This document shows positions 55,212 to 64,000 of a DNA stretch of 64,000 nucleotides, piece after piece (the stretch's first letter is position 1; each line of letters opens with the position of its first letter). The position numbers and the translations under genes are program-made. The stretch is from the NCBI RefSeq assembly GCF_009914755.1, contig NC_060935.1. One strand, given 5' to 3'. The notes below the pieces were generated by a model. That model made no database searches and had not been told where the DNA came from. It saw nothing but the letters and a program-made list of their open reading frames with translations. This DNA is from the human T2T-CHM13v2.0 reference genome, Homo sapiens.

Positions 55212-56223
55212 GTAAGAGGTGCTGCAGGAGCGATGACACAGTGGGGGCCCAGGTCACAAGCTTTTTGTAGACTCTCTCTTCTCTTATCATATCCACTCCC
55301 TTCAGGGAGATGTCACAGCCTCCTAAGTAGAACCTGCTTGTATAACACCCTCCTCTGTAAACTCAGAATGTACTGAGTTGCTTACACTGAATGAAGTTAC
55401 AGGTGGGAGGGAAGGGCTGTGAGGGCTAATAAAAAAAATCCCTTAGATTGAGACCCCATCTCAACTTCGTCTCAGATGCACACACGGAGAAGAAAGCAGA
55501 AAGGAAGTGTGTCTGTGGTATATTTTCAAAATGCTGCCTAATTCTGGATAGCAAGGATTGAGTGGGCCGGAGCAGTCAGGGAAGGCTTCCTGGTGTGGGT
55601 GGTTTGGAAACTGGAGCCTTGGAGAATGGATTTATATTTGGAGAAGGTGGGTCAACTGGAGGGGCAAAGATGCAGCAATGCATGCAGTAATGGGAAGGGT
55701 TTAGATCCAAGACAAACAAGATCGGGAGAAGGAAGGAGAAATGAGATTACAGAGGCACGGGGTGCAGACCTGCTGGGTGCATGGTGAGGTTGGCAAAGAA
55801 ACAGGCCCAAGGAGAACCAAAGATGCACTCACGCGGCCAGAATCGGGGAGATCTTGAAAGCCAGGCACGGCGTTGAGACAAGATGTTTTGGGTACCAAAG
55901 AGCCTCTGTATGTTCCAGATCTAAGAATGAGATGATGAAAGTAGAGTTCTGCAAAGAGAAGTATGGCAGTAATATAGTCTAAAGCCTGCGCTCTTAACCA
56001 CTTGCAGTAATTCCCCTAATATGCCATGAGGCCTAGATTATGGGGTGGCTTGAAGGGACTGATATTAGAGGCATTCTGACATAGAATGTTTTAAAGAACT
56101 CAGTAGGTCGGGACCTTTTTTCCCTATATGTACCATTTGAGCATGCAGGATGAGTGATCTGGCAGGAAACGCCTTTCTTGACCGCACGGTTTAAAAACAT
56201 TTCTGCATACATACATCCTGCAG

Positions 56224-56402
56224 GAAACCCCGCAGAGTTTCATGATTCTTCAGATCATCACACCTTTAAAAAGATGCTGCCACGTGATGAGAGAAGATTC
56301 AAAGCTGCAGACCTCAATGGTGACCTGACAGCTACTCGGGAGGAGTTCACTGCCTTTCTGCATCCTGAAGAGTTTGAACATATGAAGGAAATTGTGGTTT
56401 TG
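56224..56402 (+). CDS. RCN1: RCN1 exon 3 (EF-hand 3)
   Basis: cctgcag acceptor. [10 protein letters not shown]...[12 protein letters not shown]...KEIVVL. Donor TG|gtaaga; 179 nt. Confidence 0.98.
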
Positions 56403-56910
56403 GTAAGATAAGTGAAGAGTCTGGGCTGGGAAGAGACCAGGGAGAAAACTGCCTCCAAATCTTGTCTCTTCCAAAGAGAGAAGATTTTTCAGCCTGAAGG
56501 GAATTGGAGAAGGACTCTGAAGTAGAGTTTGTTGGAATCCCCGTCTACCCAGAAAATTAGTCAGGTCAGGCTGGCTGCTGTAACAGATAGCCCCCAGTTG
56601 TAGCCATTTAACACTAGCAAAGCTTGTTCCAGCCAGATGGACCTCCTGGGCTGTTCTCTGAGCACAGTTGGGTACCCAGTTCTCCTCTAAGCACTCCTGC
56701 TTGTGCTCTGCCATCTTGTAGCTTCAAAGTCATCCTGGCAACACCCAGCTGGCTGACAAAGGAAAAGAGAGGGAATGAGAAGATACAGTCTTTGTTTACT
56801 CTTCCGGCCAGGGAATGACACATCCCCTTCACGTATGTTCCACTGGTCCCTCCTAGATATGAAGAGGCTGGGAAATACAGTTTAGATACGTGCCTAGAAA
56901 GAGTAAATGG

Positions 56911-57239
<329 letters not shown>

Positions 57240-58421
57240 CTAGTCTCTGCCCCATTTTTCAATTTTAAGGGACTTGGAAAAAGACTCAGAAATGGAATGA
57301 ATTGGATTGTTAAAACTGTATGGAAATGTAAAGTAAAAATTATGGCTGGAAGAGATGCTACCCTTAGTGGGTGGGTCTTTGGAGGGTGGGTGGATCAGGC
57401 CCTAGGCTTTGAGGAATGACTATGCTTGTAAGGCCTCAGAATGTAGTTGCTTTCCGTAGTGTCTTGTTGGGTCCCAAATGTCTTCATTTTCCATGACAAT
57501 TAAATAAATGCCATCACCTGTTTTCCTGGGCAGATGCACCAACCCAGTTCCAACTGTTTCAATCCTGGGAAACAGATGGCTAGAGCTTTTGTTTACACGA
57601 GCTGTGGATGGTTTTAGTTATCCAGGTGGTGGAAGGGTCCACTCATGCTTCATCCTCCTGACTGCCATGACTGTAAGGACTGGGCAGTGGCTCCAAGAAT
57701 CATTTCTCTTTACCACTCAACATTCATGTAGTGTTAGCTAATGTGGCAGAGGACAGTGCAGGTGGTGAATGATCCCGAGTAGACTACGAGCCTTTGGGAG
57801 TGGCTCTCTGCTCTCAGGTTGGCTCTTTGGTTTGACCCAGGATGCCTCTGAGTTGCTGTGCCAATGAACAGTAAACTCATTTAATTATTGACCCAATCAA
57901 AAAATACTGAATAAGAGGTCAAGTATACTAAATACAGAGCACAATACATCAAAAAGTCAGATATACTTTTATTTTTTAGTTGCCCACTGTTTCACATTTC
58001 TCTTGACACCAACTCAGTATTCATAGTCCTGTTAGCACTAGAGTCTATTCTTGTGGTCATCTAATCCAGTGGTTCTCACACTGGGTTTCTCGCATGTTCC
58101 CCAGTGGGTGTTTTGGCTGGATGGTGGAGTTAGTTGGCCTGGCAGGGCCTCCTGATATCGTCAGAGCACCTCTGGGGTTACAGGTACATCTTGCTTGCTT
58201 TGAAGAAAGCATTCTGCTCTGGAAACTGGGGTGGGGGATTAGGAACAGAAACTATTGCCTGTTTTTTACAGATAAAAAACTAGTTCCCAGGGAAGTAAGG
58301 CGATGAGCCAGAAGTCACCAAGCATTCAGCAGTAAAAGCTGGACAAAGGAGGACAATAGAATTCTCAGACTTCTTAGAGCACATGGCCATCTTGCATTCT
58401 GTTTTACCTTTTGCTTCCTAG

Positions 58422-58482
58422 GAAACCCTGGAGGACATCGACAAGAACGGGGATGGGTTTGTGGATCAGGATGAGTATATTG
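58422..58482 (+). CDS. RCN1: RCN1 exon 4 (EF-hand 4)
   Basis: ttttgcttcctag acceptor. ETLEDIDKNGDGFVDQDEYI. Donor G|gtgagt; 61 nt. Confidence 0.97.
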
Positions 58483-60534
58483 GTGAGTACTGACCTAGAG
58501 TCTTGCTCAGCTGTCCTGACTGGGCCACATGACCCCACCCACACGTCTGGCTACTTTCCCCAGACGTCTCTTTTAGCAACAGCTGCAAGTCTATAAGTCA
58601 CTCCTGGGAGCTTCCAGCCTGCTTGTCCCATCAGCCCTAGTGATGTAGTATCAGGGAAGTATTATTAGGCCTCATTCAGTGGAGAAGAGATGAAAAGGCT
58701 GGCCCTACACAAGGCTGGCCAACAGTTGGCCCCATGACTCTGAGAGGTGCCCTTCATCACACTGCCTAGTTTTACCTTTGCAAAAGGACATTGGAGATCC
58801 CATAGATTTACAGTGAAGATAGAGGAGACAGTGTCAGGGCAAAGACTCTAAAACTGGACTGGGTCAATGGAGCCTAGAAACTCTGAGTAGATGCAGCTGT
58901 GATTAACAGAACTGTTTATGTGTCTGAGCACTTTGCAGAAAGGCATTCTTCTTAGAAAGATAAATGCTTTACAGAGTGCACAATTGCCCAATAATATGCT
59001 CATTTTGTGCCCCTCGTTTCCCATCCTTTGGATGGGAGTCCTATAGTGTCAAATTAATGTATTTGGGTCTGAACCCACCATTGCTGGTTAGAGCCCTTCC
59101 TGGTAGCCCCAAATCCCCCCCAGCCCAACCCCCGCTAGAAAGGACTAGAGCAGGCAACAAGGACAATTCCATTTGATCCTCACCACCTGCTATGGCACAT
59201 GGCTCCAGCTGCAGGCTCCCTTCTCATGGCAGCTCTTTTCCCAAGTCTCAATAAAGTAAAAGCTGGAAAATCATTTGGTTTAGGTGTTGACCTATGAAAA
59301 GAGAAATGAAATATGTATAATTTTTGTACAGATTTTTAATCAGAGCCATTAATTACCTTTAAATGTAAAACTCAGAGCCTGAGTTGCTGTCTCTGGTTTT
59401 GTGGTTGTATTACTTTGCCATCCCAGACACGAGAACAAGTGCCTTCAGCAATGAAGAGCAGACTTTCCTCTAATCATTAGAAATTATGTTTGATCATGAG
59501 CCAAACACTGTTCCTTGTGTGTCATTGGTAACAGACAAGGTAGCTCTCGCCACAGTAATTAAAGTGATCTTGGTGGCACTACCCTGATAGAATAACATAT
59601 GCTGACAGCTCCCTCATCAGAGCAAGCAGTTGAGCCTTCCTCTTGCTGGGTCCACGTGCGAGGGTCACGTTCGGAGGCGCAGACCTCTTACTGTGGCACT
59701 GGGGATGAAATGAGACTGACAGCAAAGACTGCATGATCAAAACAAACAATGTAGTGCTTTTGATTGAAAGTGTGCGCTCTGCCCAGCCCTCCGGAACTGT
59801 GCATTGAAATGGTGCAAAGTCAGAGGCAGAACTCTTTGAGTGGCTTTGCCTAAAAGAAGCATCCCATTCTTTACAGTGAATAGGGAGAGGGAGGTGGAGG
59901 CGTTGCGCTTGAAAATCGAATACCTAGTGACTCACAGGCAGAGGAAACCCAATGTATTGACTCGTCATTTCACTTCTCGGGGAGGCTTCTCTTCAAGCAG
60001 CACCAAGTGGAAAGTGTGTGGTGGGGGGTGGTAGTAGGAAGAGCACTGGAATTAGGAACCCTACCTTCACCAATTAGCTGTGTGACCCTGGGGTAATCAT
60101 GTAATGGCTTCAAACCTCAGCTTCCTCATCTGTAAAATGGGGGAAAAAAAAGTGAGCCCATTTTTACAGGATTCGATGAAGCTCGAATTAGCTAATACAT
60201 ATTACAACTCTTTCTCAAAAACAATGTAGACATGTCAGTTAGGGGTCTACCTTGTAGTCAAGGGTCTTGTCTTTTTTTTTCCTTCACTTACTACCTGCTT
60301 CATTCACCACCTGACATTTCCAAGCTCTGCTTCCGTGACAGAGAAACTGCCTGCAGGGTATCTCTCTTTTCCAAGAGCTACTGACACACACACAATGCAA
60401 AAACGTTTCCTTTTTCTTTTCCTTGCCATTTTGTACAATGGGGATAATGACCCATCTTGTAGAATTGTTATAAGGATGAAATATAATGACAAGTGAAAGC
60501 CCTTTGGAAATGATATAAACAATAGTACTAAACA

Positions 60535-60965
60535 CAGTGGCTAAGACTCTGGGTTGAAAGCAGAGTGACCATGTTCCTGTGCAGCCTCCAGCTCATATGA
60601 GCTGTGGGTCATTGGGTAAGACTTTACCTCATTGTTTTCATCTGTAAAATGGGAATTATAACAGCACTCACTTTGTAAGGTTGTTATGTGAAAATCAAAT
60701 GAAAACTGTGTGTAGAACACTTTATACAGTATCTGGACCATAGTGTTCAATGTTAGTCATTATTATTAGTTTTCGCTTATGTAGTGCCAGTTTGGGTTGT
60801 AGAGGGCTTTTACATCAAAATGGCACATTTGATCATAATAGCCCCATGATTTATAAATTATCATCTCCATTTTACAGACAAGGAAACTTCAGGCTCAGTC
60901 ACTGAACTAAGTCAAAAGCCGGGATTTATCTTTTGGCTTCTAAACTCAGTTCTTTCTACTCCACC
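60535..60965. mobile_element. Two MIR elements in opposite orientation (intron 4)
   Basis: ttcatctgtaaaatggg core near 60637 and ccattttacagacaaggaaac core near 60867. Confidence 0.75.
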
Positions 60966-61154
60966 ACATGGCCTTCATCATGAATAAATTACTGCATCAT
61001 TATCCCCAAGAAACTGCCTACCAGCTGTTTGAGTTAGGTCTCTGGATTGGTTGTCGCCTTTCCTAAAGCTCAGGAGGTCAAGTTTGTTTTATGGGGGTGG
61101 GGGAGGTTTACCTTCCCACTTTCCTTTGTAACCAACAATAACCTTCCCTTCTAG

Positions 61155-61354
61155 CGGATATGTTTTCCCATGAGGAGAATGGCCCTGAGCCAGACTGGGT
61201 TTTATCAGAACGGGAGCAGTTTAACGAATTCCGGGATCTGAACAAGGACGGGAAGTTAGACAAAGATGAGATTCGCCACTGGATCCTCCCTCAAGATTAT
61301 GATCACGCACAGGCTGAGGCCAGGCATCTGGTATATGAATCAGACAAAAACAAG
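61155..61354 (+). CDS. RCN1: RCN1 exon 5 (EF-hand 5, start of EF-hand 6)
   Basis: ccttcccttctag acceptor. [14 protein letters not shown]...[12 protein letters not shown]...ESDKNK. Donor AAG|gtattt; 200 nt. Confidence 0.98.
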
Positions 61355-62238
61355 GTATTTCCCATTCTTCTGGAATCACTGATTGAAGGGAGACAGTTTA
61401 CATAAGATCGGTTTTGTTTGCTTTTTCGGCGATAGCATTGACCCATGTGGCCATGTCTTTATTGACTTTTCCTTCTTGTCCTACAGTGGAGACCTGTAAA
61501 CTTGAGCTAATACCGTGATAACCCACAGTAAAATTATTAGGCCCCAACTTTCCTGGAAAGTCAGCTGTGAGCCACAGACTTACATTAAGTCACATTTCCT
61601 AAGATTGCAGAACTTTGTGGGCAGGACACGATTTAAGAAGTATACCCCGTGTTGCCCTAGGATCAGCTTATTTATCCATTCATTGTCACCAAATACTTAT
61701 CAAACATCTGTGAGGTGTCAGGAACAAGGAAGCCCATCCCATTAAAGCCCAGACATCCTCAGGCAAGCTCAGGTTTCTGGCTTTAATGCCTAGTACTTCG
61801 GTATCTATTGATAAACATCCAAATAAACAAATCAATACATTTAGAAAAATGTCCTGCCTATTCCCCACTTTGCTGATTGCCCCCAAATTCTCAGGTTATG
61901 CCAACAGTCAGTTTAGGCAGCGAGGCTGTAAGAGGAAAGTGGCATTCTTGAGGGCCTATTTTGGGAAGACCAACACTGCTTGTGGGCACAAATGGATTCT
62001 AGCTTCTGAATTACTCGGGGACTTCCCTGACACGTTAGCACGGTTTTTATAGCAAGAGGCTGTTCCGATTTGGAGTTTTGCAATGCAGTCATGGTAGATG
62101 AAGGAGGTGCCCAGTAGCTTCTGGATTACTAAATATAGTATTTTAAATGTTGTACATCAGTGAAATGACATGAACATCATACGGAACTAGTACAGTTACC
62201 AGAGCTTCCATGACAGTGCTCTTTGATCTCTTCTATAG

Positions 62239-62346
62239 GATGAGAAGCTAACTAAAGAGGAAATATTGGAGAACTGGAACATGTTTGTTGGAAGCCAAGC
62301 TACCAATTACGGGGAAGATCTCACAAAAAATCATGATGAGCTTTGA
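62239..62346 (+). CDS. RCN1: RCN1 exon 6 coding part, ending in ER-retrieval signal HDEL
   Basis: ctcttctatag acceptor. [38 protein letters not shown]. Exon sum 254+194+179+61+200+108 = 996 nt = 331 aa + stop. Confidence 0.98.
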   Translation, partial: DEKLTKEEILENWNMFVGSQATNYGEDLTKNHDEL

Positions 62347-63385
62347 TAGACACTCACCAGAATATGGCAGACTGTCATAGGCATTCTGTTATTGTCTTGG
62401 ATTGTTGCTACAATTGTCTAATTTACAGCAGTTGTGATCCCACAAAAAGCAAGTTTATACCTCAGATTGGGGTATAAAAATTGTTTTTCGCTCAGTATTT
62501 ACTGGAAAATGGACATCACTAGTCTTTCAGTAAGATTTCTCTCAAAACACGTGAAAACCTTGGTAAATTGCAATTCTTTCTGGGGATATATTGGTACAAC
62601 ATGACTTAAAACTTTTTTTTTTCTATTAAAACTTAAAGGGGAACAAAACTTGAAAAAGCCCTGTTCTTCAGAAGGTGAGTGGGTTGAGGGAGGCAGTAAT
62701 ATGAAGTGACTGCTGTGTATTTTAACTACCAGATTTTTTATATTTGCCACTGTTAAATAGTTGGAAAGGGGAAATTCTGATTAAGCGAAAGTGGTATCAT
62801 CCTAGGTAAGCTTATTTCAGAACAAGTCTAATATTTCAGATTCTTTCTTTTCGACTTTATACTCTGAGTTATTACTTACTGTAAGTGGTGTATATGAAAC
62901 CTCCATGCATTTTCCAGTATGGATCTGCTAATATGCACAGTAAATCCATGTCTTTGTTTGTTTTTCTATTAAAAAGCAATCAAGAAAGATAATGTGAAAA
63001 AGAAAGGAATTTAGAGGTAGGGAAAAGATGAATGTCAGACATTTGAAGAACTATAGTAAAATGATAAACACTAAATATACTTGAGAAAACTTTCTTAATA
63101 TGCCAATGAGGTAGGCCTGATCTTTGAAATAGTGAATAGGAATACAATGCATTTCCTCAGTGATCACTGATTAGAATGAGTTGGTGGGATCCTTGGGAAG
63201 CCAAACGGAGCGGAGTTCTGGATCATGTCCCATCCAGTCCAGTGAATCCACGACCCGCAGACCTGCCCCCCCGCAACAGCTTATACCATGGAATGAGGAC
63301 AAGGTGATACTCTGAGCTGTGGACTGAACTGGCAGACACAACCTGTACAGATTGAAATTTCACCTTGTAAGGAGGAAGTGAATGA

Positions 63386-63391
63386 AATAAA
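63386..63391 (+). terminator. RCN1: More proximal polyadenylation signal AATAAA
   Basis: Canonical hexamer followed ~25 nt later by a GT-rich element (ctgtgtcctgtggtgttt). Confidence 0.65.
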
Positions 63392-63573
63392 GGATCCCCC
63401 TAAGGATTTTCTACTGTGTCCTGTGGTGTTTGACTTCACAGATGCTATTTGTGACATTATTCATATAGCATAAAACAGTGGGGTTGGATCCCATGAATAA
63501 CATTATAAAGGTTCTGGGGTTTTTTTTCATCCAATTACTAGAATGTTCAGAATAGACTCATATTTACTAATTT

Positions 63574-63579
63574 AATAAA
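63574..63579 (+). terminator. RCN1: Distal polyadenylation signal AATAAA
   Basis: Canonical hexamer followed by T-rich downstream sequence. Confidence 0.7.
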
Positions 63580-64000
63580 TGTATATACTTAATGCCTTTA
63601 CTTTTCTAGGTCATTTTAACTATAAAATCTTCCTGAAAAAGGTTGCACCTGGAAAATCTGGACTTCTTCCCTGGGCCTATGAGGCGCTGTAGGAGGAGGC
63701 CTATGGGATCTGGCCCCTACCAGCAGTAGCATCATCTCCTTACCACTGTCCCTTTCATACCGCCTATAGTCTGGCCCCAGAGACTTTCTAGTCCTCAGAC
63801 ACACCAAGGTCATTCCCAGGTTGGGCCCTTTGCACTTGCTGCCCCCTCACATTCAGAATACCCATCTCTCACGCCCTCGGGTAACACATGGTACTTCCTC
63901 AGGGGGGCTTTCCAGACCCCACTATTTAAAGTAATCCCAACTCGAATCTCGGTTTCACATCCCCATTTTATTTTCTTCTTGGCATGCATTACTATTTGTA

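Larger units (their letters stand above)
62347..63600 (+). other. RCN1: RCN1 3' UTR (end approximate)
   Basis: Continues from the stop without obvious repeats. AATAAA at 63386 and 63574; ATTAAA at 62625 and 62968. Confidence 0.8.

Overview
Primate, very probably human, genomic DNA. The last ~15 kb hold the complete six-exon RCN1 (reticulocalbin-1) gene on the + strand: CpG-island promoter, 996-nt CDS (331 aa, signal peptide, six EF-hands, C-terminal HDEL) and a 3' UTR with several poly(A) signals. In human, RCN1 lies at 11p13 between PAX6 and WT1, so the first ~48 kb should be part of the PAX6-RCN1 intergenic interval (from knowledge, not shown by the sequence). That part has no credible protein gene. 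It is filled with Alu, L1, L2/MIR, MaLR/ERVL/ERV1 LTRs and DNA-transposon fossils, plus several repeat-free AT-rich blocks that could be enhancers and one near-perfect CTCF motif. The most unusual object is an EIF4A2 retrocopy (42839-44039) missed by the ORF track. It appears to be copied from a non-canonical transcript that kept the 3' end of an intron and included the NMD 'poison' exon. Other leads are a cryptic HDEL-less terminal exon in RCN1 intron 5, inverted Alus flanking exons 2-3, a 103-bp templated duplication in intron 1 and a head-to-head THE1 LTR pair. I found no evidence for a wholly new multi-gene system. Repeat subfamily names are by-eye calls, not RepeatMasker output.
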